A stretch of 64,000 nt of DNA from Lingula anatina. Taxonomy: Eukaryota; Animalia; Brachiopoda. Positions 1 to 19,282 of this stretch are shown here, piece by piece (within the stretch, counting starts at the first letter, position 1; the number at the start of each line of letters is the position of its first letter). Location: the NCBI GenBank assembly GCA_051362555.1, contig CM120647.1:12314651-12378650 (forward strand), given 5' to 3'. The notes under the pieces were generated by a model, which worked only from the letters and a program-made list of their open reading frames with translations, had not been told where the DNA came from and made no database searches. Made by a program: the position numbers and the translations under genes.

Positions 1-3000
1 ATATCAGGTTAAGACAACTAGGGGTCAACTGTGGTTTTGAGAACTAGGACAGATATATTAAGTCGCAAATTACTCAGGGATGTGTATCTCATTGGTTGAT
101 TAGTAAAGCTCTCATTTAGCAGACTCTCACACTGAATTACTTGCCAACACATGCTAGAGCCTTAAAACTATCAGGGCACAGGTCGCATGTTATGGAGGGC
201 GATTCCAGTCCAACCACAGTCTATAACGTGAAAAAGTCAGCCCAAGCATTACCCAAACAACAGAAGCCAAGACATAACAAATCCAAAACGCAGCCAAAAC
301 ATGGTTCCAGAGAGTGTCGGTTCTGCGCTGGAGAGTACCCACACAACGGAGTTTGTCCTGCCAAGGGGAATATCTGCAAAAAGTGTAACAAGTTGAACCA
401 TTGCCCAATCAAGTGCAGAAGCAAAGAAACCAAAACAAAACATGTTCAGGCTCATATCAGTACTATATATGATAATGAATGTAACAAGTATCTTCACAGT
501 CTGTTCACTTTGAGCTAGATACTGGTGCGTCTGTCATGTTGATTGGTCAAGATTTGTATGAATCAAAGTTTAAAAAAATTACCCTTTACGTCAATCTGAT
601 TTGCACCTCACATCTTATTGCAGCAGTCCTTTCAGTAAATTGCGGGAAATTACAGTCACAGTACGTTACAATGACCAGTCTGTAGACCTACCATTAGCAG
701 TGGTGAAGGGATATAAGCCTGCAACTGTTGAGGCAAAATTAGTTAGAGAAAATATTGGATCGGTCAAGCATCTTTTCTGTACAGAGTAACCCAAAGTTAA
801 AGCGACTTCTGCCTCAATGCAAAGTTGTATTTGCTTCAATTCAAGGGTCAATCAAAGGTTTGAAGCGGATGTTTACATTCCTTAAGGTATAACTCCCATA
901 TTCAATAAAGCTTATAATGTAGCCTACCCACTGCAAGATAAGGTGGAATCTCAGCTGTTGGATGCAGTTGAGGAGGGTCATTATACCAAATTAGAAAGTA
1001 CTAAATGGTCACTGTTATAAAACCATAAGGGGTTCTGACGTTGTGTGGTGATTATAAGGTCACACTGAATACAGTACTACATGTAGATAAAGAACCATAT
1101 CCACTCCCAACTTTTCAGTCCATGCTTGCTTAAAATGCAAAAGGAAAATTCAGATCTAAGATAGATTTGCACCAAGCATTTTTCCAGTTGAAACTTAGTG
1201 AAAAATCAGAACAGTATCTCATGATTAACCCTTTGATTGGTTTGTTACGCCCAGGACGAATGTCGTATGGTATTACGACTGCGCAGCAGCAGTTCCAACT
1301 TGTTATAGAACAAGTTTTAGATGGTATGGAGGAGGCTGCTTGTTCAATTGATGATATACTCGTCACCACTGATACTGTGGAAAAACAGTACATGGCACTA
1401 CAACGTGTGCTGCAGAGACTTCGTCACTTCAATATTCGTGCACGTTCGTCAAAGTGTAGTTTTATTTAAGCATCCCCAGAAATGCACTGCATGACGTCAC
1501 GCTTAGCCCACTGCGCATGCGTGCACTTTAAATGAGTTGCTAGATTGCCATAGGAAAATGAAATGGTTCGCGATTCGTGGGTAATTCGTGATAATTGACA
1601 AACTAACGGCCTGATGCCGATAGACAGCAACGCTGTGCTATGCTTTAAGTAACTCCTGACCATATATCGCTAGGGTTTTTAAAAAAAATTCTGTTGTACA
1701 CAGGTACTAAGAAGTTTGCCGTGTATGCCTAGCCTATCTCAGCAAAACGCACATATTTTCAGAAATAGTGATTTTAGACGGTAGATTCACTCAGAAACAA
1801 AGGCAAACTAATTCGTTGCCGATAGCACCAGCAGATAGCAACACCATACAGAGTCTGATTAAAAACTTTCATGGCAATTGAAGAACTTTTACCACTGAAC
1901 ATTGAAGTTCAAAAAAGCACTTGGCACAAATGTAAAACTGCCCAGTGCAAGGCCAAGAAGTCAATCAGTATTTTCAATCATATTATCAGATTCTACATAA
2001 ATTGACCGACAATATCACCACTCAGTATTTAACTAATCTCTTAATCCAAAATTCCTATCATCATTTAATAATTATGCAAATTTCTTCTTTCAGATTGCTA
2101 TTTATTTTAAATTTTAATGCTGCAACTTTTCCAAAATAATCTTGTAGTAAAGGGAAAATGCAAATAAGAAGAGGAAGACCAATTTTACCCACATTATTCA
2201 ATTATTTGAATATAAAAAGAATAAGATCACGATTTAACAAATTAAAATAATCTTTCATGAACTCTTTCATGAATAACATAGTAAACAAAATTAAAGTTAT
2301 AAATTAGTGGTAATGGCTTATTCTGGAATATATGACCTCTGCACATCATCAGTACCTGACTTGGTACAGTATAGTTACTACTTGGATACAGAGTTAGATT
2401 TAATAATGTAACAATAAGAACAATATATATTATAATAAACTTCTCTGCACATGTCAGACGCTTGTTACCATGAACTAACACTACTTGACAATGGGCTGAG
2501 CACTTTATCACAGAGTCTGTGTGCGATGCCATTGTTGTGCTGTGATTGGCTAGTTGAGTCAAGTGAAGTCCTACTGTAGCGCCCTCGCGTATCGCGTGAA
2601 TGCTGCGCATTTCTGGCCATGAAAGCATTGATATTCTTGGTCATATCTGTCAAATCAGAAACTAACAGTACATATCTGATGTTATTCCAATTGTGCATGG
2701 GGATAGCCATGTTGTTGTTAAACAACCAGTTCGTAGATATCCTCAAAGGGAGTGCAAAACACCAGATAGAATAACTTATACTTTACTGGGAAATATTACT
2801 CTGCTTGAACATTTTCCAGAAACATTTCCTTACATGTAAGTTGACCAAGGACTGTTAAAGGACGTATAACTGTTTAGACTCTCAAGTGATAATTTAGAGT
2901 GCTTCAGGGTATTTGTAATATTTTAGTTTATTCTGTTTTCCTATTATATGAGTAAATAAAGCTGCAAAGTTTAGTCGTTTTGATGCACATCTCATAATGA

Positions 3001-3141
3001 TTTTCTGTTTATGAAAGAGATATGTAGTAAATTCTATAGATGTGCACTAATTTGTAGTGTTATAGAAGAGCAGACTAAAGTATGGTGCTGACTACTTGTT
3101 ATTTGATGGAAGAAACCAAGAACATCTTTACTGACATCACA
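1..3141 (+). mobile_element. Decayed Gypsy (Mag-like) LTR retrotransposon, copy 1 (5' end outside window; 3' LTR 3023-3141; interrupted by TIR element 1471-2621)
   Basis: Gag double zinc knuckle CRFC..H..CPAKGNICKKCNKLNH..C in ORF 141-518. Protease FELDTGASV near 510-535. RT motifs YGI..AQQQFQ..IEQVL..IDDILV in ORF 1167-1469. Many stops and frameshifts. TGT...ACA LTR at 3023-3141 is similar to the LTRs of copy 2. Confidence 0.85.
1471..2621. mobile_element. Non-autonomous TIR DNA element (~1.15 kb), copy 1
   Basis: Imperfect TIRs CATCCCCAGAAATGCACTGCAT / ATGCTGCGCATTTCTGGCCATG. Absent from the paralogous pol sequence at ~15240. A second copy sits at a different site, 16030-17185. Confidence 0.85.
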
Positions 3142-3144
3142 ATT

Positions 3145-3435
3145 GATGGACATCATCCATTGCTATGGGTGAAGATGGTCATCGTCCAGTGCCATGGGTG
3201 AAGATGGTCATCGTCCAGTGCCATGGGTGAAGATGGTCATCATCCAGTGCCATGGGTGAAGATGGTCATCTTCCAGTGCTATGATGAAGATGGACATCGT
3301 CCAGTGTTGTGGGTGAAGAAGGTCATCCTCCAGTTCTATGATGAAGATGGACATCGTCCAGTGTTGTCGGTGAAGATGGACATCGTCCAGTGCTGTTGGG
3401 AATGATGGTCATCGTCCAGTGCCATCGGTGAATAT
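3145..3435. repeat. 29-bp minisatellite (TGGGTGAAGATGGTCATCGTCCAGTGCCA-like), about 10 units
   Basis: Direct tandem repeats seen in the sequence, with no unique spacers. Confidence 0.9.
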
Positions 3436-5257
3436 GTATGATTTGTGCTTTAGTACGAAATGGTCAAACAAATGTATTATTGTTTTATTCTATAACAACA
3501 GATATAATATAAAACGAGCATTGGTAGTTTTGAATTATCAATCAAGGTGCAGTAATTAATCGCTTTCCTTAAAAGTAAACGTTGCTTGCACGTGTGTTAA
3601 GGTGGGAACAGAGTGCTCATAGTATGTAACAGTTGATGGTTGGGGCTGATGGCTGAGGCATGAGGTACCATTTTGTAAATATATCTTTTAAATTTCGAAT
3701 AAATATTAAAAAATGGGAATGTCGGGGCGCCATGTTTATTTTTGGGGGGCTTATGTAACCGGTTGACAAGAAGTTACATATTTCCTTTCACGTGGATCAC
3801 GTGAGCGGGAGATATGAATTTCCCACGACAGGTCATCCTAAGTCATTCTTCAGTCATTCATCACTCAACAGATGTAAAACGCATGTGTAAATGTACTTCT
3901 ACAGAGAGAATAAAGAAGCTGGTGTGAGAATAATAGTAAGTCTACGTGTCATTCTATACTCTGCTACATTGAGACTTACCTTGTAGTTTTGGCTTAACCT
4001 ACGACATGAGTATCTTTCTTTTATCGGTATGAATCATCTAATTGCAATAAAACTACGTAGAATATATTATCTATATGCTCATTTACTATTTGAATAGTGG
4101 ACACCTCTGCCTTTTCAGCTAAATAAAAACTGCAAGGTTTTTTTAACTGTTTCTAAATAAAATAATGCATGATGAGTCAACAATTGAAAATTAATATAGT
4201 GGGTCAAATTGCCGATTTCAATAAAGATAAAACAAATGCAGGTTTCCATACACTTTGAAGTGAAGTGTCTTTATGGAATGTGTCTCTAGTTCTCACGTTT
4301 GCATATGCGCACTTACTCTCTGAATAATAACCCCCTAGCACTACATAACATGATGTCCCCTAGCTTCAATGGTGTGGTGGTTTTGTTTAATATATATTTT
4401 ATTGTTACAAACATAAAACTCAAATTAACGCTGTGGTGACTTGGCCCAGCACTGCATATTGATTTCATTCTACCTTTCTGTCTGGTCATGTTATTTTTTT
4501 AATGATTTATCCATGTTAATCCTGCCACCTCATTACGGTTAGAGGGTTACTCTAGATTTAATTTCTCCTCTTCGAGTGCGTGTTCCCGTCTCCATTCTTC
4601 CCACCGCTACTTTTTGTCGACTACAAGAAATAACTCAAACATCGACCTCCCAATATGTAGTAAAATGGAGTTTCCCAGAGGTTGTTGTAACTGTGAGATC
4701 AACCACTACTTCAGCTCCACATCCGTTTTTCTGGCTAAATTTAACCTGGAAGGTTTCTCTGGATTTTTGGACAGTTTCTAAATAAACGTGATTATAAGAG
4801 CTACGTACACGTGGATCATATTTATCAAAAATGAGTAGATCAGAATTAAGAGATGTAAAAAAAAAAAATTGAAAGTCAACGTGCCGATTCCAAAAAAGAT
4901 AAAACAAGTGTAAGTTTCCATACAGTTTAAAAGTGAAGTGACTTTCGAATGTGTCTCCAGTTTTCACGTTCGTATATGTGCACTTCCTGTCTGAATAATT
5001 ATTCCACGGTACAGTACTACATATCATAATATCTCCCGCCTCAAATGGTGTGGTGCTTTTGTTTAATGTAAATTTTTTTAATTTTTACAGACATAAAACT
5101 CAAACTAATGCTACGGTGGCTCAGCCTAGCACTCCACATTGACTTCATTCTATCTTTCTCTTAGGTCACGTATATGGTCCAACTGCCAAGCCAATTAACA
5201 TTTGCTCACTCAGTTTTATGGATATGATTTTGTTTCGCCTTCAGCGTGAGACCATGA

Positions 5258-5264
5258 TATAAAA
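5258..5264 (+). promoter_or_regulatory. Putative TATA box of SRCR-collagen gene copy 1
   Basis: TATAAAA about 60 bp upstream of the ATG at 5322; conserved at 23169 and 27480 in the duplicated copies. Confidence 0.55.
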
Positions 5265-5321
5265 CAATCGGTAACGCGTATCTGTACCACTACATGTTAC
5301 CTGGGTGATACAGTAGGGAAA

Positions 5322-10790
<5,469 letters not shown>

Positions 10791-12358
10791 TGTCAGTATA
10801 GTACTGGACGCTATTGGATAGTGGCAAACTTAGCAGCTAAAGACGTGTTCGAGGGTGTTTTTTCTCCAGCAAAATTATCGATCACTGAGAGGCTTGATTT
10901 TAGTGTTTTATAAAGGACGAACTTTTCTGAGAATGGTGTAAATCCCTCACTCATTAAATGATAACTGTTCTTTGATTTTTTTTCCTTCTTCTGCTTAAGG
11001 ATATATATTTAAAAAATAAGTAAACTATTCATTTGCTGTTGGGACAATATTTGGTGGTGTCTTTTCAATTTAATGGGCATTTCTTCATCTCTGTGGAAAT
11101 GACAGTGAAACGTTGGATTTGAGGGTACATTTAATAAATGTAATTAAATGGTATTACATATTGATATCTTCACCCGCTAGTTTGTATTTTCTTTTCCACT
11201 AATCAGGTTAGTTATGGTGTCTGGAATGAAAACCACCATCCATAGCAATGAACTCAAGTGATGTGATCATTTATAAAGAAAAGCACATGAAACTAGGGGT
11301 GGGACAACCTTTTTGACCAATGCTGTATATTATCAACACACTCTCCGGTAATCAACGCTACACCAGAAATTAAAAATGGCCGCGTGCCTGATATACATAC
11401 AGATAAGATGCCATACACCTTACCTCTCATGTTGGGCGGCAATACACCTAATAACTGATCACCAATCTTATAACATGTGCAGGAGCCGTTATATACATCG
11501 TTGTGATGGCCACGTTAGGGCATTATGGAGTCATGAGGGGGCATTTAACACGTTAGTTAAGGCCCTCCTTAGACCCCATTATTTGTATACTGTATGCATA
11601 TAGACTATATAGTACCTCTGTCATTTTAAGTTAATTCCAATCAACAGCAATAAACGCCAGAGTAAAATGTTAAATTAAGTTGAATTTCTAGTCTTTTACC
11701 TTTGATAAAACGAGATCAGGCGATTTTGCAACTCGTGTCCACTCTTTACGATAAAAAAGACAAATATTTTGTATCGGTCATTTAACATATGAAATATCGG
11801 ATATCAAAAAATTCAACGACTTGCTTTCGTATAGACTTTATTAAACACATGAACATGTCTGAAAAGAAAAAAAAAATATATATATAACATCATCATATTG
11901 AGTTTTCATTCTAATACATACTAGTTCCAGTGAATTAAACAGATTTCATGAAATCATACAGGCAAACATGGACAAAATCTGGGGATCTTACTATTAACTT
12001 ACAAACTAACTTTACTTGTCATATTAGACATACAGCCTTAAATGAACTTTCAAACTATAAACTTGATATTTAATCAATTCATTTTATACCTACACGACGT
12101 TGTGAATTCTACGATGCGTGCTACTATCTCGGTTCTTTGTCTCTTTAACGTGAATGATTGTGTTAGCTGAGATGCACTGGTGGCGAATTCTAGCTGCAAC
12201 AGAGGGACTCTCTGTCACGCTACACCGGCCTTTGCTAAGTTGACTCAGCCGGTGACAGTAAAGTAGGAAGTAAACCTGGTTCTTATACATGTATACCATA
12301 CGCATTACATTTAGCTTACGTACTTTTTGGTCAACCCCTCTTAACAGAAAGCCGCTTC

Positions 12359-12480
12359 ATTCCCTGATAGTCTCCCGCCTCCACACGCGCCATTAAATGG
12401 GTTAAATCTAAGCTTCTAAGTATAACTGCCAGGCCCCTTCAGCGACTGCGCGTGTGGAGGCGGGGAGACCATCAGGGAAT
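12359..12480. repeat. Foldback/inverted repeat (MITE-like); the paralog is split by the Ginger element (arms ~39433-39464 and ~47355-47387)
   Basis: ATTCCCTGATAGTCTCCCGCCTCCACACGCGC (12359-12390) is near-complementary to GCGCGTGTGGAGGCGGGGAGACCATCAGGGAAT (12448-12480). Confidence 0.7.
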
Positions 12481-13225
12481 CAGTCGGTATTGCTCGGTAG
12501 TGCATCGGCTATATTTGATCAGCGGATCTCCTAGTCCGAGGATCATCTGTTCTGAATGCGTTCTTTCATTGGCAGGTCACGTGGTCTCTACTGCTTTGAT
12601 GTTTCAAGAAAATGGGCAGAATGTACCCCTTCTGAAGAGCCGCTTTATCTCCGGGTTGGGTCGAACTCACGAGGCGGACACTCTTACCCCGAGACCTCCA
12701 AGTTGGTATGATTAAACCTTACAAATAGTGGAAGTTGGATTCAAGTTTCCCTTGACACGCCGTGTGCAGGTGGGTTGGTATATAAAAAACTCATTCCAAA
12801 TGAAATTATCGTTCTACGCACATGTAAATCTAACTCTGCAGGCATTCTTGTTAAGTGCAATTAACAGATTACGATTAACAGATGAACACGTGTCCTCCTG
12901 GCGTTGAGTGAATACAGTAATGCTGGCTATTAAACGAGTACGTTGGAAACAATAGGATGTGCTCTAATCTGATTGCTTTCAGCGAGAGTCCCAGCAGAGT
13001 TGAATCGATCTACATAGAACGATTGGAAATGTGTCCGCCAGGATAAGGATGCAATATATAGGCCTACCAGTGGCCAAGTCATTTTACAAGTTGCATCGTT
13101 AAAGAAGCAGGTAAGAAAGGAGTGAGATATACCTGTAAAGAAAAATGTTGATAAAAGTATCAAAGTATTCGACTCTGTGTTTATCTATCCAAGTAACGCT
13201 TGTAATGACTGTTGTTAGAGATTAT

Positions 13226-15787
13226 TGCAGTAAATACTATAGATGTTCACTAGTCTGTTGTGTTAGATGAGATCTCCAGAGATCATAGGAGAGCAGAATA
13301 AAATGTATTGCTTACTACATATGGACTTGTTATTTGATGGCAGAATCCAAGAACATCCTGAAAAACATCACATTGGCAACGAGAAATTATGAACGAGGAA
13401 GAACCCCAAGCAGTGGATTAGACTCATATACCAGTTTTTCCACTATTCTACATCAGACAGGAGCCTAATGCTGTTTTTAAAAGATGGGCGAAGTGGAAGG
13501 AAAGGTTTGGAAATCTGATGGTTGCACTGAACATCAAAAACTCACAACAAAAGAGAGCCATATTTTTACATTTCGCTAGCGAATAATTTTTGGATGTTTT
13601 ATAGAATCTGTCAGACACAACGGCATTATGTAAGGTTGCTGTAGTTGCTTTTGGACAGTACGTAAGACTTTATTATAATCCTGAATTTGAATTTTTCAAA
13701 GCACTTAACAAAAAGCACTAAAGAAGCACTAACAAGAAGGTAGTGAAGTAATTGATGCGTACCATATTAGGTTAAGACAACTAGGGGTCAACTGTGGTTT
13801 TGAGAACTAGGACAGATATATAAAGTCGCAAATTACTCAGGGGTGTGTATCTCACTTTTTGATTAGAAAAGCTCTCATTTAGCAGACTCTCACACTGAAT
13901 TACTTGCCAACACATGCTAGAGCCTTAAAACTATCAGAGCACAGGTCGCATGTTATGAAGTGCGATTCCAGTCCAACCACAGTCTATATTAATAACGTGA
14001 AAAAGTCAGCCCAAGCATTACCCAAACAACAAAAGCCAAAACATAACAAATCCAAAACAGAGCCAAAGCAGGGAGCGTTGGTTCTGCGCTGGAGAGTACC
14101 CACACAACGGAGTTTGTCCTGCCAAGGAGAATATCTGCAAAAAGTGTAACAAGTTGAACCATTGCCCAATCAAGTGCAGAAGCAAAAAAACCAAAACAAA
14201 ACCTGTTCAGGCTCCTATCAGTACTATATATGATAATGAATGTAACAAGTATATTCTTACTTTACAGATTAGCTCACAGTCTGTTCACTTTGAGCTAGAT
14301 ACTGGTGCGTCTGTCCTGTTGATTGGTCAAGATTTGTATGAATCAAAGCTTTAAAAAATTACCCTTTACGTCAATCTGATTTGCACCACACATCTTATTG
14401 CAGAAATCCTTTTAGTAAATTACGGGAAATTACAGTCACAGTACGTTACAATGACCAGTCTGTAGACCTACCATCAGCAGTGGTGAAGGGATATAAGCTT
14501 GCAACTGTTGGGGCAAAATTAGTTAGAGAAAATATTGGATTGGTCAAACATCGATATCTTCTCTGTACAGAGTAACCCAAAATTATAGCCACTTCTGCCT
14601 CAATGCAAAGTTGAATTTGCTTCAATTCAAGGGTCAATCACAGGTTTGAAGCAGATGTTTACATTCCTTAAGGTACAACTCCCATATTCAATAAAGCTTA
14701 TAATGTAACCTACCCACTGCAAGATAAGGTGGAATCTCAGCTGTTGGATGCAGTTGAGGAGGGTCATTATACCAAATTAGAAAGTATAAAATGGTCACTG
14801 TTATAAAATCATCAGGGGTTCTGACGTCGTGTGGTGATTATAAGGTCACACTGAATACAGACCCATATCCACTCCCAACTTTTCAGTCCATGCTTGCTAA
14901 ACATGCAAAAGGAAAATTCAGATCTAAGATAGATTGCGTCAAGCATTTTCCCTGTTGAAACTTAGTGAGAAATCAAAACGGTATCTCATGATTAACACTT
15001 TGATTGGTTTGTTACGCCCAGGACGAATGGCGTATGGTATTACGGCTGCGCAGCAGCAGTTCCAACTTGTTATAGATCAAGTTTTAGATGGTATGGACGA
15101 GGCTGCTTGTTCAATTGATGATATACCCGTCACCACTGATACTGTTGGAAGAACATTACATGGCACTACAACGTGTGCTGCAGAGACTTCGTCAGTTCAA
15201 TATTCGTGCACGTTTGTCAAAGTGTAGTTTCATTAAGGAAAGCATTGATATTCTTGGTCTTATATGTCAAATCTGAAGCTAGCAGTACATATCTGATGTA
15301 ATTCCAATTGTGCTGAGGAAAATCCTATTGTTGTTAAACAACCAGTTCGTAGATATCCTCAAAGGGAACGCAAAACACCAGATAGAATAGCTTATACTTT
15401 ACTGGGGAATATTACTCTGCTTGAACATTTTCCAGAAACATTTCCTTACATGTAAGTTGACCAAGGACTGTTAAAGGACTAATGAGAAATGTTTAGACTC
15501 TGAAGTGATTATTTACAGTGCTTCAGAGTATTTGTAATATTTTAGTTTATTCTATTTTGCTATTATATAAGTAAAAAAGCTGCACAGTTAAGTCATTGTG
15601 GTGCACAGCTCACAATAATGTTATGTTCAGGAGGGAAAGATTTAGTAAATGCTATAGATGGTCACTAGTTTGTTGTGCTAGATGAGATCTCCAGAGATTA
15701 TAGGAGAGCAGAATAAGTATGGTGGTGACTACATTCGGGTCTTGTTATTTACTGGCAGAATCCAAGAACATCCTTACAAACGTCAAA
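13226..15787 (+). mobile_element. Decayed, internally deleted Gypsy (Mag-like) LTR retrotransposon, copy 2; LTRs 13226-13372 and 15641-15787
   Basis: ~147-bp LTR pair; PBS-like TGGCAACGAG after the 5' LTR; purine tract AGGAGGGAAAGA before the 3' LTR; 5-bp TSD ATTAT (13221-13225, 15788-15792); gag, protease and RT remnants. No integrase seen. Confidence 0.88.
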
Positions 15788-15789
15788 AT

Positions 15790-15962
15790 TATGGTCATCG
15801 TCCAGTGCTGTGGGAGAAGATGGTCATCGTCCAGTGCCATGGTGAAGATGGTCATCGCCCAGTGTTGTGCGTGAAGGTGGTCATCGTCCAGTGCTGTGAT
15901 GAAGATGGTTATCGTTTATTGCTTTTGGAGATGATGGTCATCATCCACGTCTGTTGGAGATG
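15790..15962. repeat. 29-bp minisatellite, second array
   Basis: Same unit as 3145-3435. Confidence 0.85.
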
Positions 15963-16029
15963 ATGTTTGATCAATGCTGCAGTACGAAATGGTCAAAGCT
16001 AATTTTATTGATTTCATTCTATAACAATA

Positions 16030-17185
16030 CATCCCCAGAAATGCACTGCATGACGTCACGCCTAGCCCACTGCGCATGCGTGCATTTTTAATGAGTTGCT
16101 AGATTGCCATAGGAAAATGAATGGGTTCGCGATTCGTGGGTAATTCGTGAGAATTGACAAACTAACGGCCTGATGCCGATAGACAGCTACGCTGTGCTAT
16201 GCTTCAAGCAACTCCTGACCAAATATCGCCAGGGTTTTAAAAAAAATTCTGATGTACACACGTACTAAGAAGTTTGCCGTATATTGCCTAGACTACCCTC
16301 AGCAAAACGCAAATATTTTCAGTTATAGTGATTTTAGACGGTAGATTCACTCAGAAACAAAGGGAAATTAATTCGTTGCCGATAGCACCAGCTGAAAGCA
16401 GTAACATACAGAGTCTGATTAAAAAAAATTCATGGCAATTGAAGATTTTTACCACTGTACAATGGAGTCCAAAAAGAGCACTTGGCACAAATGTAAAACT
16501 GCCCAGTGCAAGGCCAAGAATTCAATCAGTATTTTCAATCATATTATCAGATTCTACATAAATTGACTGACCATATCACTACTCAGTATTTAACTAATCT
16601 CTTAATCCAAAATTCCTATCATCATTTAATAATTATGCAAAATTCTTCTTTCAGATTGCTATTTATTTAAATTTTTAATGCTGCAACTGTTCCAAAATAA
16701 TCTTGTAGTAAAGGAAAAATGCAAATAAGAAGTGGAAGACCAATTTTACCCACAGTATTCAATTATTTGAATATAAAAAGAATAAGATCACGATTTAACA
16801 AATTAAAATAATCTTTCATGAACTCTTTCATGAATAACATATCAAACAAAAATGAAAGTTATAAATCAGTGGTAATGGCTTATTCTGGAATATATGACCT
16901 CTGTACATCATCAGTACCTGACTTGGTACAGTATAGTTACTACTTGGATACAGAGTTAGATTTAATAATGTAACAATAAGAACAATATATATTATAATAA
17001 TAAACTTCTCTGCACATATCAGGCGCTTGTTACCATGAACTAACACTACTTGACAATGGGCTGAGCACTTATCACAGAGTCTGTGTGCGATGCCATTCTT
17101 GTGCTGTGATTGGTTAGTTGAGTCACGTGAAGCCCTACTGTTGCGCCCTCGCGTATCGTGTAAATGCTGCGCATTTCTGGTCATG
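16030..17185. mobile_element. Non-autonomous TIR DNA element (~1.15 kb), copy 2
   Basis: Highly similar to 1471-2621 with the same CAT...ATG TIRs. Empty-site paralogs at ~17960 and ~20552. Confidence 0.85.
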
Positions 17186-18377
17186 AAAAATAATATAAAA
17201 ATGTGCATTGGTAGTTTTGTTTTTTCACACAAGTTGCCGCACTGAATCACTTTCCCCTAGGATAAAGTGCATGTGTTTGTATGTGTTTGTGGGAACAGAG
17301 CGCTGACAAAAAATGTAATAGTTGATGGCTGGGACTGATGGTGGAAGGCTATTGTAACATTTTTTTTTTTTTTTTTTTGTAAATATGTCTTGTAAATTTT
17401 TGTATAAATATTTAAGAATGGAAATGTCAGGACGCCATCCTTAATTTTGGGGGCATATGTAACCGGTTGACAAGAAGTTACATATTTTGTCACGTGGTTC
17501 AGATGAGCAAGAGATATGAATTCCCTGCGACAGGTCATTCTAAGTCATTCTACGGTTATTCATCGCTCAACAGATTTATAACGTATGTGTAAATGTACTT
17601 CTTCAGTGAGAATAAAGAAGCTGGTGTTCGATTAACAGTAAAGTCTATGTGTCATTCTATGTTCTGTTACACTGAGATTTAGTTTGGTTAAACCTACGAC
17701 ATGAATACCCTTCTTTTATCAGTATGAAACGTTTAATTACAATACAACTACGTAGAATAACTTAAATATATGCTCATTTACTCTTCAAATAGTGGACACA
17801 TCTGCTTTTGTGGCTAAATAAAAACTACAAGGTTTCTTTGGAGGTTTGAACTGGCTGTGGGTGAAGATGGACATCGTCCACATCTGCTGGAGATGATGTT
17901 TGATTTGTGCAGTATGAAATGATCAAAGATAAATTTTATTGAGTTCATTTTATAACAATAAAAATGATATAAAATATGCATTGGTAGTTTTGATGTTTCA
18001 CACAAGTTGCCGCACTTAATCACTTTCCCTTAGGATAAAGGTTGCGTGCATGTGTTTGTATGTGTTTGTGGGAACAGAGCACTCACAAAAAATTACTAAT
18101 GTTATAGTTGATTGTTGGGACTGATGGTTAAAGAATATTGTAATGTTTTTTTTTTTTTTTTTTTTTTTTTTTTTGTAAATATGTCTTGTAAATTTTTGTA
18201 TAAATATATTAGAATGGGAATGTCAGGACGCCATCCTTAATTTTAGGGGCAAATGACACCGGTTGACAAGAAGTTACATATTCTGTCACGTGGTTCAGGT
18301 GAGCAAGAGATATGAATTCCCTGCGACAGGTCATTCTAAGTCATTCTTAGGTCATTCATCACTCAACAGATGTATAA

Positions 18378-19007
18378 CAGGCCTACCCAACTACCAGACT
18401 CGGCACATAAGTATCCTGAATTAACCGGTATATCGGACAACACTGCCCGTTTTCAAGGTGTGTGTCAGATCGCATTTCGGAGTATCACACCCCAGAACAA
18501 ATTTTGTAGGACGACCGCGGGCTCATCCACGCTCGGCTGTCACCTTGACTGGATAGTAAACGATTGTCGTAAAATCGCTATATAATTTTAAAACCGGGTC
18601 CATAAAATTGAAAACCACCTAGAACAACCTTACACTGTACTTTAACTTTAGAGTGCTCTATTTTATTGTCTCTGTGGGGGTAAATAGGGACTTTACGACA
18701 TTCGGTTTGAATGCTTTAACCACTTTAGATAGGGCTTTTTTGCATTGCATTAGATTAATGTAGCAGTCTAAGGTTGTTCTAGGCGGTTTTCAAATTTACG
18801 CACCCGGTTTTAAAATCATATAGCGATTTTACGACAATCGTTTAGTATCCAATCAAGGTGACAGCCGAGCGTGGTCTCATCCTGTCGGTGTTCTGACTGA
18901 TACTCCGAAATGCGATCTGACACACACCTTGAAAACGGGTAGTGTGGTCCGATATACCGGTTAATTCAGGATCCTTATGTGCCGAGTCTGGTAGTTGGGT
19001 AGGCCTG
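18378..19007. mobile_element. Foldback MITE with CAGGCC termini and 5-bp TSD (possibly hAT5-like), copy 1
   Basis: Long TIRs CAGGCCTACCCAACTACCAGACTCGGCAC... / ...GTAGTTGGGTAGGCCTG; TSD TATAA (18373-18377, 19008-19012); empty site GATGTATAACG at ~20945. Confidence 0.88.
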
Positions 19008-19282
19008 TATAACGTATGTGTAAATGTACTTCTTCAGTGAGAATAAAGAAGCTGGTGTTCGATTAACAGTAAAATCTCCATGTCATTCTTTTCTCGGCTA
19101 CATTGAAATTTAGTTTGGTTTAACCTACCACATAAATACCCTTCATCAGTATGAATCAGTGCAATAAAACTACGTAGCATAACTTATCTATATGCTCATT
19201 TACTCTTCAAATATTGGACACCTCTGCTTTTCTGGCTGAATAAAAACTGCAAGGTTTCTCTGGATTTTTGAACTGGCTGTGG

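Noticed and set aside
3145-3435. ~29-bp repeats as a CRISPR array (also 19833-20486)
   Set aside because: Units are contiguous with no unique spacers, there are no cas genes, and the context is eukaryotic; it is a minisatellite. The ORFs over it are repeat artefacts.
4665-4781. Short Cys-containing ORF MEFPRGCCNCEINH upstream of the receptor gene as a first exon or micropeptide
   Set aside because: Paralogous copies (~22693, ~24476) have early stops, and I found no convincing donor.
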